DNA from: an archaeon
GTDB taxonomy: Archaea > Iainarchaeota > Iainarchaeia > Iainarchaeales > 1-14-0-10-31-34
Length of the DNA stretch: 32,000 nucleotides
Direction of reading: 5' to 3'
NCBI GenBank assembly: GCA_024277355.1
Contig: JAJRVL010000004.1
Coordinates: 420,001-452,000, forward strand
Shown here piece by piece: positions 15,733 to 25,895 of the stretch (the stretch's first letter is position 1; each line of letters begins with the position of its first letter). A program made the position numbers and the translations under genes. The notes below the pieces were generated by a model. The model had not been told where the DNA came from. It searched no databases and saw only the letters and a list, made by a program, of their open reading frames with translations.

Positions 15733-18123
15733 ATGCAGAATATTTTATGGTTTAGAGAAATCAAAAAAGAAGATATTCCTTATGTAGGCGGAAAAGGAGC
15801 TAATTTAGGAGAAATGGTAAACGAAGCTTTTCCTGTTCCAACAGGTTATGTGGTTACTGCTCAAGCATATTTTAGATTTATTAAAGAAAAAGGAATTGAA
15901 AGAGAAATAATAGAAAAAATTGATTCGATTGAAGTAGAAAAAACAGAAGAATTAGAAAAAATTTCAAAAGAAGTAAGAGAATTAATTTTAAGAACTCCAA
16001 TGAACAGAATGCTTGAAACAGAAATAAAAGATGCTTATTCTAAAATGGGAGGAAGAAAAATAGCTTTTCTTTCAACAAGAGAAGAAGAATATGTTGCGGT
16101 AAGAAGTTCAGCTACAGCAGAAGATTTACCTGAAGCAAGTTTTGCAGGACAACAGGAAACTTTTTTGAATATTAAAGGAAGAACTGATGTATTAGAAGCA
16201 GTAAAAAGATGCTGGGCTTCTTTGTTTACAGCCAGAGCAGTTTATTACAGAAAAAAACAGGGCTTTGAAACTGAAGGAGTAGGAATTGCAGTTGTAGTTC
16301 AAAAAATGATTGACTCTGAAGTATCAGGAATAATGTTTACTGCTGAACCAACAGGAGATACAACAAAAATAATAATTGAAGCAGGATATGGATTAGGAGA
16401 AGCAATTGTTTCCGGAAGTATTACTCCTGACACTTATACAGTAGAAAAAAAAACATTTAAAATAATTGAAAAAAGAATAAGCAAACAGGAATGGAGCATT
16501 GAAAAAGCAGGAAAAGGAAGCGAAAAAAGAGCCATACCTCCAATAAAGCAGTCAAAACAAAAATTAGAAGACAAATATATTATTCATTTAGCTAAAATTG
16601 GAAGACAAATTGAAAACCATTATGGAAAACCAATGGACATTGAATGGGGATTACATGAAAAACAATTATATATTGTTCAGGCAAGAGCAATAACTACTTT
16701 AGGAATGAAAGAAAAAACAGATAAAGAAAAAGAAAGAATGATTGAAACAAAAGAAATTCCAATACTAAAAGGATTACCTGCTTCTCCTGGAATTGCTTCA
16801 GCTAAAGCAGTAATTATTCCTAAAGCAACAGATGCATCAAAAGTAAATTCAGGAGATATAATTGTAGCTAAAATGACTAATCCTGACTGGGTTCCAATAA
16901 TGGAAAAAGCAAAAGCAATAATAACAGAAGAAGGAGGAAGAACTTGTCATGCTGCAATTGTAAGCAGAGAATTAGGAATTCCTTGTGTTGTTGGAGCAGA
17001 AAATGCAATGCAAAAAATACATGAAGGAGAAACAGTTACAGTTGATGGATTTAATGGTTTAGTTTATAAAGGAAAAATCGAATTAAAAATTCCAGAAGAA
17101 ATTGAAGAAGAATTATTTGAAGACAAAGAAGAAATACAAGAAGTAAAAGAAGAATTTATTGAAGAAGGAGAAAAAATTAATCCAAAAGAAAAAGACGAAG
17201 TATTAATGGAGCATTTAGAAAAATTACTTGAAGAAAGAGCAATTAAAGTTAAAGTTAATGTTGCTTTGCCTGATGCAGCAGAAAAAGCAGCTGAAACAAA
17301 TGCAGATGGAGTAGGACTGCTTAGAGCAGAACATATGATTACTTCTTCTGGAATGCATCCGGCAGAATTTTTAAGAGAAGAAAAAGAAGATGAATTAATT
17401 AATGCAGTAAAAAACGGAATAAAAAAAGTTGCTTTATTGTTTAAAGAAAAACCTGTATGGTACAGGACTTTTGATGCAAGAACAGATGAATTCAGAAGTT
17501 TAAAAGGCGGAGAAAAAGAACCAGAAGAAGCAAATCCAATGATTGGATGGCATGGAATCAGAAGAAGTTTAGATAACCCTAATTTAATTAAAGCTGAATT
17601 TAAAGCAATAAAAGAATTAGTTGAAGAAGGATTTACTAATTTAGGAGTAATGCTTCCATTTGTAATTTCAGCTGAAGAATTAAATAAAGCAAAAGAATTA
17701 GCAATAGAAGTTGGATTAAAGCCAAGAAAAGATGTTAAGTTTGGAGTAATGATTGAAACTCCTGCTTCAGTCTGGATAATAGATGAATTAATTGAAGAAG
17801 GATTAGATTTTGTTTCATTTGGAACAAATGATTTAACTCAGTTAACTTTAGGAATTGACAGAAATAATGAACACATACAAAAACATTTCTCAGAATTACA
17901 TCCTGCTATTTTAAGAAGCTGTCAGTATGTAATAAAAAAATGCAATAAAGCCGGAGTAATAACTTCAATTTGCGGACAGTCAGCATCAAATGAAGAAATG
18001 GTTGAAAAATTAGTTGAATTTGGAATAAAATCTGTTTCAGCTAACATTGATTCAGTAGAAAACATTAAACGGCATGTATTAATTTTAGAAAAACAAGAAT
18101 TACTGGAAAAACTGAATAAATAA
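15733..18123 (+). CDS. ppsA: phosphoenolpyruvate synthase
   Basis: 'YVGGKGANLGEM', 'AVRSSATAEDLPEASFAGQQETFLNI', 'ITEEGGRTCHAAIVSRELGIPCVVG', 'GVMIETPA', 'FVSFGTNDLTQLTLGIDRNN'. A start somewhat downstream is possible. Confidence 0.97.
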   Translation: MQNILWFREIKKEDIPYVGGKGANLGEMVNEAFPVPTGYVVTAQAYFRFIKEKGIEREIIEKIDSIEVEKTEELEKISKEVRELILRTPMNRMLETEIKDAYSKMGGRKIAFLSTREEEYVAVRSSATAEDLPEASFAGQQETFLNIKGRTDVLEAVKRCWASLFTARAVYYRKKQGFETEGVGIAVVVQKMIDSEVSGIMFTAEPTGDTTKIIIEAGYGLGEAIVSGSITPDTYTVEKKTFKIIEKRISKQEWSIEKAGKGSEKRAIPPIKQSKQKLEDKYIIHLAKIGRQIENHYGKPMDIEWGLHEKQLYIVQARAITTLGMKEKTDKEKERMIETKEIPILKGLPASPGIASAKAVIIPKATDASKVNSGDIIVAKMTNPDWVPIMEKAKAIITEEGGRTCHAAIVSRELGIPCVVGAENAMQKIHEGETVTVDGFNGLVYKGKIELKIPEEIEEELFEDKEEIQEVKEEFIEEGEKINPKEKDEVLMEHLEKLLEERAIKVKVNVALPDAAEKAAETNADGVGLLRAEHMITSSGMHPAEFLREEKEDELINAVKNGIKKVALLFKEKPVWYRTFDARTDEFRSLKGGEKEPEEANPMIGWHGIRRSLDNPNLIKAEFKAIKELVEEGFTNLGVMLPFVISAEELNKAKELAIEVGLKPRKDVKFGVMIETPASVWIIDELIEEGLDFVSFGTNDLTQLTLGIDRNNEHIQKHFSELHPAILRSCQYVIKKCNKAGVITSICGQSASNEEMVEKLVEFGIKSVSANIDSVENIKRHVLILEKQELLEKLNK

Positions 18124-18175
18124 AAACCTGTCTTAATTAACTAAATTTAAATAATTAATTAAACATAATTTTGTT

Positions 18176-19129
18176 ATGCTTAAATTAGATATAAAAAAAG
18201 CTATTACAGAAATAAAGAAAAAAAAAGCTAAAACAGTTGTATTGCAGATACCTGAAGGACTAAAAACTAAAACAACTGAATTAATTGAAAGAATTGAAAC
18301 ACAAACTAAAGCAAAAGTTATTACTGTAATGGATCCTTTATGGGGAGCATGTGATTTAGCAGAAGAAGAAATGAAATTATTTAAAGCAGATTTATTAATC
18401 CATGTAGGCCACACAAAATTTTATGACACAAAAATAAAAGTAATTTATATTCCATTAGAATACACTATAAAAGAAATCAATACAGACAAACTTGAAAGAA
18501 TACTAAAAAACAATAAAATTAAAAGTGTTGGATTAGCTTGTGCAGTGCAATTTCACAATACAATGAAATTAATTGAAAAAGAATTAAAGAAAAAAAAATT
18601 CAAGGTTTTTATTGAAAAAGGCGGAAGCAAAAGTTTTGTTTCAGGGCAAGTTTTAGGCTGCGATCAGACAGCAGTAAAAAAAATAGAAAAAAAAATTGAC
18701 GGAATAGTTTTTGTCGGAGACGGATTATTTCATCCATTAGGGATTACAATTAATTCAGAAAAAAAAGTTTTTGCTTTTAATCCATTAAACAGAGAAATAA
18801 AAGATTTTGAAAAAGAAAAAGAATTATATGTAAGAAAAAGATACGGCGCAATAGCTAAAGCAAAAAATGCTGAAAGTTTTGGAATTTTAATGAGCAGAAA
18901 AAGAGGGCAATTTCAAAAAGAAATAGCATTAAATACAAAAAAGTTACTTGAAAAAAAAGGATTTAAAGCGTTTTTGTTTTCAATGGACTTAATTAAAGCA
19001 GAATATTTAATGGGAATAAACATTGATTGTTTTATTGATACGGCTTGTCCAAGAATAACTGAAGACAATTTAAACGATAAACCAATATTAAATTTAAAAG
19101 AATTAAATGAAATGCTTGAATTAAAGTGA
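18176..19129 (+). CDS. dph2: 2-(3-amino-3-carboxypropyl)histidine synthase (diphthamide biosynthesis Dph2)
   Basis: 'VVLQIPEGLKTKTTELIERIE', 'VMDPLWGACDLAEEE', 'LIHVGHTKF', 'GQVLGCDQTAVKK', 'CFIDTACPRIT'. The three-cysteine arrangement is present. Confidence 0.92.
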   Translation: MLKLDIKKAITEIKKKKAKTVVLQIPEGLKTKTTELIERIETQTKAKVITVMDPLWGACDLAEEEMKLFKADLLIHVGHTKFYDTKIKVIYIPLEYTIKEINTDKLERILKNNKIKSVGLACAVQFHNTMKLIEKELKKKKFKVFIEKGGSKSFVSGQVLGCDQTAVKKIEKKIDGIVFVGDGLFHPLGITINSEKKVFAFNPLNREIKDFEKEKELYVRKRYGAIAKAKNAESFGILMSRKRGQFQKEIALNTKKLLEKKGFKAFLFSMDLIKAEYLMGINIDCFIDTACPRITEDNLNDKPILNLKELNEMLELK

Positions 19130-19903
19130 TTCTTCTTCTGTTACTGCGTCAGTTGTTTCAATTATTGTTCCAATAAAGTCCATTCCTTTAACTGCATTTT
19201 CAAAGTTTTCTAAGTCAGCCATATTTAATACAAAAGTAGTTATTTTGCTTCGATTTAAAATCATGCAGGTAAATGCATCTAAAATCATGTTTTCGCCTGG
19301 ATTTCTTGAATCATGTCTTGCTAAAACTCTCATTAATTTTTCATGAGACATTTTTGGAATTAATTTTGCGGTTTTAGAATATTTTGGGTCAGCATTAAAC
19401 ACGCCTTCCTGATTAGATAAATTAATAAAAATTCCTCCAATATATTCTGCAATACTTGCAGCAACTGTATCAGTTGTAAAACCTGGAATTAATCCGCCAA
19501 AAACAGGAATTTTTTTTGATGCAAGAATATCATGAATTCTTTTTACATCAGTTAAAACTTCATGAAAACAATCATCAAAAGCCTGAATTAACATTAAAGC
19601 ATTTAATCTTGTAACAGTAATTGCAATTTCATCTAATAAAAAATTGTTTTCTACTCCAAGTGTTTTTGCTGTAGCAATATAATCTCTTGCAATTTTTCCT
19701 CCGCCTGCAACTAAAACAAACTCAAAACCTTGTTTTCTTAAATTATTAATTGAATTAGCAAATTTAGCTATTAAAGTTGCATTAATTTTATCTCTTGCAA
19801 TCATTGAACCTCCAACTGAAACAACAATAACCGGTTTTTCAGAGGAAAGTGCATTAGAAGAATTTTGAGGTTCTTCATTGTAATTTTCAAACATTTCAAA
19901 CAT
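19121..19903 (-). CDS. pyrH: archaeal-type UMP kinase
   Basis: 'VIVVSVGGSMIA', 'FVLVAGGGKIARDYI', 'VFGGLIPGFTTDTVAASIAEYIGG', 'LSNQEGVFNADPKYSKTAKLIPKM'. The 3' end overlaps dph2 by 9 nt (convergent). Confidence 0.9.
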   Translation of the reverse strand: MFEMFENYNEEPQNSSNALSSEKPVIVVSVGGSMIARDKINATLIAKFANSINNLRKQGFEFVLVAGGGKIARDYIATAKTLGVENNFLLDEIAITVTRLNALMLIQAFDDCFHEVLTDVKRIHDILASKKIPVFGGLIPGFTTDTVAASIAEYIGGIFINLSNQEGVFNADPKYSKTAKLIPKMSHEKLMRVLARHDSRNPGENMILDAFTCMILNRSKITTFVLNMADLENFENAVKGMDFIGTIIETTDAVTEEESL

Positions 19904-19993
19904 TTTCAGTCAATAATAACAACATAGAACAAGTATAAAAAGATATTTTTTCTTAAATATTAAAGCACTAATTTTAAATTAAAAGTGAGAAAA

Positions 19994-22720
19994 ATGGCAG
20001 ATGAATCAATAGAAATTTTCAGAAAAAAACTAAAAAAATTAAAGAAATTTAAAGGAAGAGGAACAGAATTAATTAGTTTATATATTCCTGAAAATGCAGA
20101 CAGAAGTTCAGTGATGAATCAAATCACAGAAGAAATGAGCCAGAGTGCAAACATTAAAAGTCCTCAGACAAGAAAAAATGTTCAGGGAGCACTAAGAAAA
20201 CTAAATACTTTTTTAAAAAACATTAATTTTAAGATTCCAAAAAACGGATTAGTTTTATTTTGCGGAAATGTAAGTGAAACAGAAGGAAGAAATGACATTA
20301 AATTAATTCCATTAAATCCAATTAAAGAATTAAAAACAAAATTATACTGGTGTGATTCTTCTTTTCATTTAACTCCATTAGAAGAAATGCAGAAAACAAA
20401 AGAAGTTTATGCTTTAATTGTATTAGATAAAAGAGAAGCAACAGTTGCATTGCTTAAAGGAAAAAGCTATGAAATTATAGGGCATTTTACTTCAAATGTT
20501 GCAGGAAAAACAAGAGCAGGAGGGCAATGCCTTTCTCCTGAAACACTAATTCAGTTAAATGACGGTTTAATTATTCCAATAAAAAACTCACATAACCCTT
20601 TACAAGTAAAAAGCATGGATTTTGAAAACTATTCATTCACTGATTCAAACATAAAAGATAAATGGAAAACAAAAAAAAGTGTTTATAAAATAATAACAAA
20701 AAACCCAAGAACAGAAATTGTTTGTTCAAAAGACCATTTATTTTTTACTGCAGGAAAAGAAATTAAAGAAAAACCTGCTGAAAAACTAAAAATTGGAGAT
20801 CAATTATTAATGCCTGAAAAAGTTGAAATTAAAGGCAAACCCCAAAAACTTGAATCATTTGACTGCTTTAATTCATATAACATTACAGACAAAGGAAAAA
20901 CTAATTTAATTAATGCAAGAAAAAAAACCGGTTTTTCTCAAAAAGAATTTGGAAAAAAAATAGGGATAACCCAAACAGGAGTTTCAGTTATTGAATTAGG
21001 AAAAAGTAATATAAGAAAAAGTCTGCTTGAAAAATTATGCTTTGAATTGAATATTGATTTTGAAAATTTTATTAAAATACATGCAAAACCTAATTCAGAT
21101 TTGTTTATGCCAAAAAAATTAACAAAAGAACTGGCAAAAATAATGGGTTATTTTGCTGGAGACGGAAGTTTTGAAAAAGAAAGAATAAGTTTTTCAGAGC
21201 AAAGCAAAGAGCTTGCAGAATACTATAAAAGCAAGACATCAAAACTTTTTAAAGCAAATAATGCAGTAAAATTCAGAGAAAACAAAGGTTATTATCAAAT
21301 AAGAATTTATGGAAAACCTATTGTTAAGTTTATTGAAAAAAATTTTCCTGAAATAAAAAAAGCAATAAACAGCGAAATACCAATAAAAATATTAAAATCA
21401 GAAAACGAAGTTTTAGCTTCTTTTATTAAAGGGTTTTATGATGCAGAAGGTTATGCAACAACAAAAAGAGGGATTGGATTAGGAATAAACAATAAAATAA
21501 TGGCTGAACAGATTAGACTTTCACTTTTAAGATTTGGAATTATTTCTTCTTTGCATGAATATGATAACAGAAGAAATCCTTATTCAGATAATCCAAGATT
21601 TACTGTTGACATTTCAGACAATAAATCACTAAAATTGTTTTCAAAGTTAATTGGGTTTAGTTTAAAAAGAAAAAAAGAAAAAATGGAAAAACTAATTAAA
21701 AACAGAAAACACATTAGAAGCAATGTAAGACAGATATTTACTTCAGGAAAAAAAATCAGAAAAATAATTGAAGAACATGACTGCAACTTAGAGTTGTTTC
21801 CTAAAGTAAACAGTTTTTTCAGGAATGAAAGACAAATGAGCAAAAAAGTGTTTGCTGAGTCAATTCTTGATTGCATTAAAGATAAAAAATTAAAAGGAAA
21901 ACTCAAAAAAATAATGAATATTCCTTTAATTCCAGTAAAAATAAATAAAATAATTAAATCAAATAAAAAAATAAGTTTGGTTGATATTAGTGTGTCAAAC
22001 CAGAATTTTATTGCAAATGGATTAATAGTTCACAATAGCGCACATAGATTTGAACGATTAAGAGAAGAAGCAACCCAGGAATTTTTTAAAAGAACAAGCG
22101 AAAAAATTAACGGAATTTTTTCTGAACACAAAGAAAATTTAAGGGGAGTAATTATTGGCGGTCCTGGAATAACAAAAAATAAGTTTATGGAAAAAGATGT
22201 ATTAGATTACAGGTTAAAAGAAAAAATTATAGGAACATTAGATACATCTTATACTGATGAATCAGGAATAAGAGAAATGATTCAGAAAGCAGAAGACTTA
22301 CTAAAAAATACTGCTTTAATGAAAGAAAGAATTTTATTAACTAAATTTCTGGAAGAAATAGTTAAAGATGGAGCAGTAACTTACGGAGAAAAAGAAGTAA
22401 TGGAATCCTTGGAAATAGGAAAAGCAGAAACTGTTTTATTATCTGAAGGCATTGAATGGACTGCAATAAAATTCCAGTGTACTTCCTGCAATAATATTGA
22501 AGAAACCGTAATTAAAGACGGAAAAAAACCTAAATTAAAATGCAGTAAATGCAGTTCAACTAAAATTGAAGAATTAGAGGATTTAGAGTTTGCTGAATTT
22601 TTAGAAGAAAAAGCAAAAGTTACTGGCGCTAAAATTGAAGTTATTTCAGTTGAAACAATTGAAGGCGAACAATTTCTTAAAGGATTTGGCGGAATCGGCG
22701 CTTTCTTAAGATATAAATAA
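19994..22720 (+). CDS. prf1: peptide chain release factor aRF1, intein-containing precursor
   Basis: Host exteins: 'TELISLYIPENADRSSVMNQI', 'GKTRAGGQ' / 'SAHRFERLREEATQEFFKR', 'VIIGGPGITKNKF', 'LLSEGIEW', 'CTSCNNIEE...CSKC'. Interrupted after GGQ by the intein. Confidence 0.96.
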   Translation: MADESIEIFRKKLKKLKKFKGRGTELISLYIPENADRSSVMNQITEEMSQSANIKSPQTRKNVQGALRKLNTFLKNINFKIPKNGLVLFCGNVSETEGRNDIKLIPLNPIKELKTKLYWCDSSFHLTPLEEMQKTKEVYALIVLDKREATVALLKGKSYEIIGHFTSNVAGKTRAGGQCLSPETLIQLNDGLIIPIKNSHNPLQVKSMDFENYSFTDSNIKDKWKTKKSVYKIITKNPRTEIVCSKDHLFFTAGKEIKEKPAEKLKIGDQLLMPEKVEIKGKPQKLESFDCFNSYNITDKGKTNLINARKKTGFSQKEFGKKIGITQTGVSVIELGKSNIRKSLLEKLCFELNIDFENFIKIHAKPNSDLFMPKKLTKELAKIMGYFAGDGSFEKERISFSEQSKELAEYYKSKTSKLFKANNAVKFRENKGYYQIRIYGKPIVKFIEKNFPEIKKAINSEIPIKILKSENEVLASFIKGFYDAEGYATTKRGIGLGINNKIMAEQIRLSLLRFGIISSLHEYDNRRNPYSDNPRFTVDISDNKSLKLFSKLIGFSLKRKKEKMEKLIKNRKHIRSNVRQIFTSGKKIRKIIEEHDCNLELFPKVNSFFRNERQMSKKVFAESILDCIKDKKLKGKLKKIMNIPLIPVKINKIIKSNKKISLVDISVSNQNFIANGLIVHNSAHRFERLREEATQEFFKRTSEKINGIFSEHKENLRGVIIGGPGITKNKFMEKDVLDYRLKEKIIGTLDTSYTDESGIREMIQKAEDLLKNTALMKERILLTKFLEEIVKDGAVTYGEKEVMESLEIGKAETVLLSEGIEWTAIKFQCTSCNNIEETVIKDGKKPKLKCSKCSSTKIEELEDLEFAEFLEEKAKVTGAKIEVISVETIEGEQFLKGFGGIGAFLRYK
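20528..22036 (+). mobile_element. intein (approx. 503 aa) with LAGLIDADG (DOD) homing endonuclease in the aRF1 GGQ motif
   Basis: N-terminal block 'CLSPETLIQLNDG'; block B-like 'TEIVCSKDHLFFT'; LAGLIDADG-type motifs 'LAKIMGYFAGDGSF' and 'LASFIKGFYDAEGYA'; C-terminal 'NQNFIANGLIVHN' followed by +1 Ser. Confidence 0.97.
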
Positions 22721-22733
22721 AATCTGATTAATT

Positions 22734-23957
22734 ATGCATTACACTAAAACTAAAGGCATAGGCGGAAGAATAAAAGAAAGAATAAAAGACTTTAAAGTAA
22801 TTGAAATAACAGAAGAAAAAGAATGTAAATTATGGTTAAATGAAGAATCATTAGAAAGACATGAAGAATTAATTATTCCTGAAAATGAAGATAAATCAAA
22901 ATTTTTGTATTTAGAAATGCAGAAATTTAATTTAGATGTAAATGAAAGCATTAGAAGAATTGCAAGATTTAACGGGGTATCAAAAAAAAGAATTACTTAT
23001 GCAGGAGTAAAAGACAAAAGAGCAATAACTTCTCAAAGAATCTGTTTTTTTATGCCTGAAACTAAACGATTAAAAGAATTCAAAAGCAAGTTTGTAAAAT
23101 TAAGCAGCCCTGAATGGAAAAGAGAAAAATTAAGGATTGGCATGCTTAAAGGAAATAAATTTGAAATAACAATAAGACAGATTGAATTAGATGAAAAAGA
23201 AACAGAAAAAAGAATTAATTCTTGTTTAAAAGAAATAAAAAAAGGCATTCCAAATTATTTTGGCGAACAAAGATTTGGAGGAATAAGAAATATAAGTCAT
23301 TTAGTTGGAAAAGAATTCATCAAAGGAAACATCCAGCAAGGAGTAATGCTTTATTTAACTGCAACAAATGAAAAAGAAGAAGAAGACATAAGAAATGCAA
23401 GAACAGAATTAGAAAAAACAAAAGATTATGGAAAAGCATTGAAAGATTTTCCTTTAAAATTCAGATATGAAAGAGCAATGCTAAATCACTTAAATACAGA
23501 ACCAGAAGATTTTATTGGGGCTTTTAGAACTCTTCCTAAATCTTTAAGATATATGTTTGTTCATGCTTATCAAAGTTTTTTATTTAATGAAATAATTAAA
23601 GAAAGAATAAAACAAGGAATTGGATTAAAAAAAACTAAAGGAGACGAATTAATTAATGAAATTCCTTTAGCTCCATTGCTTGGCTTTCAGAGCAAGTTTT
23701 CTGAAGGAAAAGCAGGAGAAATAGAAAAAAAAATTTTAGAAAAAGAAGGAATTGAATTAAAACAATTTTATGTAAAGGAAATGAAAGAAATGTCTTCTAA
23801 AGGAGCAAAAAAAGAAATTGTTTTATTTCCTGAAAACCTTAAATTAGAAGAAATAGAAAAAGATGAATTTAATGAAGGAAAATTAAAGGCAAGGATAAGC
23901 TTTTATTTAACTAAAGGCAATTATGCTACAGTTGTATTAAAAGAAATAATAAAGTGA
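22734..23957 (+). CDS. truD: tRNA pseudouridine synthase D (TruD family)
   Basis: 'GGRIKERIKDFKVIEI', 'RRIARFNGVSKKRITYAGVKDKRAITSQRICF', 'IPNYFGEQRFGG', 'SYQSFLFN'-like 'HAYQSFLFNEII'. Confidence 0.94.
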   Translation: MHYTKTKGIGGRIKERIKDFKVIEITEEKECKLWLNEESLERHEELIIPENEDKSKFLYLEMQKFNLDVNESIRRIARFNGVSKKRITYAGVKDKRAITSQRICFFMPETKRLKEFKSKFVKLSSPEWKREKLRIGMLKGNKFEITIRQIELDEKETEKRINSCLKEIKKGIPNYFGEQRFGGIRNISHLVGKEFIKGNIQQGVMLYLTATNEKEEEDIRNARTELEKTKDYGKALKDFPLKFRYERAMLNHLNTEPEDFIGAFRTLPKSLRYMFVHAYQSFLFNEIIKERIKQGIGLKKTKGDELINEIPLAPLLGFQSKFSEGKAGEIEKKILEKEGIELKQFYVKEMKEMSSKGAKKEIVLFPENLKLEEIEKDEFNEGKLKARISFYLTKGNYATVVLKEIIK

Positions 23958-23961
23958 TAAA

Positions 23962-24918
23962 ATGACTGAAATAATTTACTTTTTTTTATCTTTAGTTTTA
24001 AGTTTAATTGGAATATATTTTTTTAATAAATTCAGCAGGAAAAAAAAATTTTTTTTAGGAATAGACATAAATAAGAAGGCACAAAATAAAACTCCTGAAG
24101 CAACAGGAATTGTATTACTGTTAATTTTATGGATTATTGTTTTATGGATTAATTTTACACAAGAATTTAATCTACAAATTTTTTATTGGCTTGGAATAGT
24201 TAGTGTTTTTTCTTTGATTGGTTTTTTGGATGACACAACAACTAAATGGGAAAAAAAAGGATTAAGTTTAAAGCAAAGAGCAGTTCCGGTTGCTTTTTTT
24301 TCTTTTTTGTTTGGTTTTTTGGTTTCAGGAGAAATAATTACAGGAATATTAATTGGAGTGTTTGTTGCAGGATTTTCTTCTTTCCATAACAGTTTTGCAG
24401 GATTAAATGGATGGGAAGTAGGTTCAAGTTACATTATTGCAGTATTTGCAGGGTTTTTATTGATTACAAACAGTTTTTTTGTTTATTCTTTAGTCCTTAT
24501 GGGCTTAATTCTTGCCTTATTGTTGTTTAATATTTATCCTGCAAGAGTTTTCCCAGGAGATTCAGGCACATTACTAATGGGAAGTTCAATTACAGGTTTA
24601 ATTGCATTAACAATGCAGACAGAATTAATTTTCTTTTTTACTTTATTTTATTTACCTCATTTTATTGACTTGTTTTTCCTTAAAATATTAACAAATCCTG
24701 AAGATCCAACTCAAGTAAAAATAAAGCCTTATAAAGTACTGGAAAACGGAAAACTAGGAATTCCTGATTACAAAGGAAAAATAAAACTTGATTTTGCTAA
24801 ATTAATTTTGAAAGTTTTTGGTTCAATGAAAGAATGGAAAATTGTTTTAATTATCTGGGTAATAGTTGCATTAAATGGTTTATTTTGGATTATTGTTTTA
24901 GGAAAAATTAATCTTTGA
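23962..24918 (+). CDS. GT4-type (MraY/WecA/Alg7-like) polyprenyl-phosphate sugar-1-phosphate transferase
   Basis: Multi-TM protein with 'KTPEATGIVLLLLWIIV', 'FLDDTTTKWEKKGLSLKQRAVPVAF', 'NSFAGLNGWEVGSS', 'ARVFPGDSGTLLMGSS'. Confidence 0.87.
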   Translation: MTEIIYFFLSLVLSLIGIYFFNKFSRKKKFFLGIDINKKAQNKTPEATGIVLLLILWIIVLWINFTQEFNLQIFYWLGIVSVFSLIGFLDDTTTKWEKKGLSLKQRAVPVAFFSFLFGFLVSGEIITGILIGVFVAGFSSFHNSFAGLNGWEVGSSYIIAVFAGFLLITNSFFVYSLVLMGLILALLLFNIYPARVFPGDSGTLLMGSSITGLIALTMQTELIFFFTLFYLPHFIDLFFLKILTNPEDPTQVKIKPYKVLENGKLGIPDYKGKIKLDFAKLILKVFGSMKEWKIVLIIWVIVALNGLFWIIVLGKINL

Positions 24919-25885
24919 TTTCTAATTTAAATAATGCAGCAATAACTAAACTAAATAAAGTTGGAATAACTAATCTTACAAAATCAAATATAATTAATAC
25001 TGCTCCAATTTCAGGCAAAGAAAGCTGTTCATTAACAAACCAAGGAATAGACAAAAAAGTTAAACCTGCAAATTCAACTAAACCTATTCCTCTTGGAAGA
25101 AAAGGAGTTCTTTCTAAAACAGAAATAATAACAAACAATACAAGCAAAGGAACAAAATCAATTGAAACATTAACAGAAGAAAAACTTAAATTAAAAGCAA
25201 AAAACTCAAAAAAATAAGAAATCAATGAAACAAAAAGAATAATAAAAAAAGACTTCAAAGTTAACTGTCTTAAATTTTTTGAATAATCTTCAAAAAAATT
25301 TTCTAAATGTGCAAACAAAGGAATATTTTTTGAAAGAAAACCAAAAAAAGAAGTAATCATTAAAGCAAATCTTTTATTTAAAGGTAAAACAAAAAATAAT
25401 ATTACAATAGTTATTCCAAAAAAACCACTTAACAATGCAAGAAACATTGTTGAATCTAATTCTGCTTTAGAAACAAAAGTAATTAAAATAAAAAGGAAAA
25501 AAATTGCAAGAATAATAAATTTTGTTCCTTTAACAATCATTGAAGAAGAAATAGAAGTATTATATGGAATTTGAAAAAAACTTTTTAATTTAATTGAACG
25601 TAAAGCTTCAGCTCCAAATTGAACAGGAGTCAACGCTCCATACAAAGAACTAAAACCAACAATAAATAAATTCTGGTAACTTACACTTGAATGTTTTCTG
25701 ATTAAAAAAGCCCATGAAACAAGCCAGACAAAAACAGAAAACAAAAAAGCAATACAGGCTAAAACAAAAAACAATAAATCAATTTTAAGTAATTCAATAT
25801 GCGCATTAGTCCAGAACAAAACAACCGTAATAACTGCAATAAAAAAAATTAAGGAAACAACAGATTTTTTAATGAAATTTTCCAT
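24908..25885 (-). CDS. flippase-like UPF0104/lysylphosphatidylglycerol-synthase-TM family membrane protein
   Basis: Multi-TM protein; 'FGAEALRSIKLKSFFQIPYNTSISSSMIVKGTKFIIL' and 'LERTPFLPRGIGLVEFAGLTFL' resemble the LPG_synthase_TM/UPF0104 pattern. Confidence 0.75.
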   Translation of the reverse strand: MENFIKKSVVSLIFFIAVITVVLFWTNAHIELLKIDLLFFVLACIAFLFSVFVWLVSWAFLIRKHSSVSYQNLFIVGFSSLYGALTPVQFGAEALRSIKLKSFFQIPYNTSISSSMIVKGTKFIILAIFFLFILITFVSKAELDSTMFLALLSGFFGITIVILFFVLPLNKRFALMITSFFGFLSKNIPLFAHLENFFEDYSKNLRQLTLKSFFIILFVSLISYFFEFFAFNLSFSSVNVSIDFVPLLVLFVIISVLERTPFLPRGIGLVEFAGLTFLSIPWFVNEQLSLPEIGAVLIIFDFVRLVIPTLFSLVIAALFKLEIKD

Positions 25886-25895
25886 AAAAAAACCT

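Noticed and set aside
19121-19129. 9-nt overlap between the dph2 and pyrH 3' ends
   Set aside because: Convergent overlap of a few nucleotides is common in compact archaeal genomes; not informative by itself.
21580-21906. Minus-strand 108-aa ORF within the intein
   Set aside because: Shadow of the endonuclease coding strand; Phe/Ser/Leu-rich and no motif.
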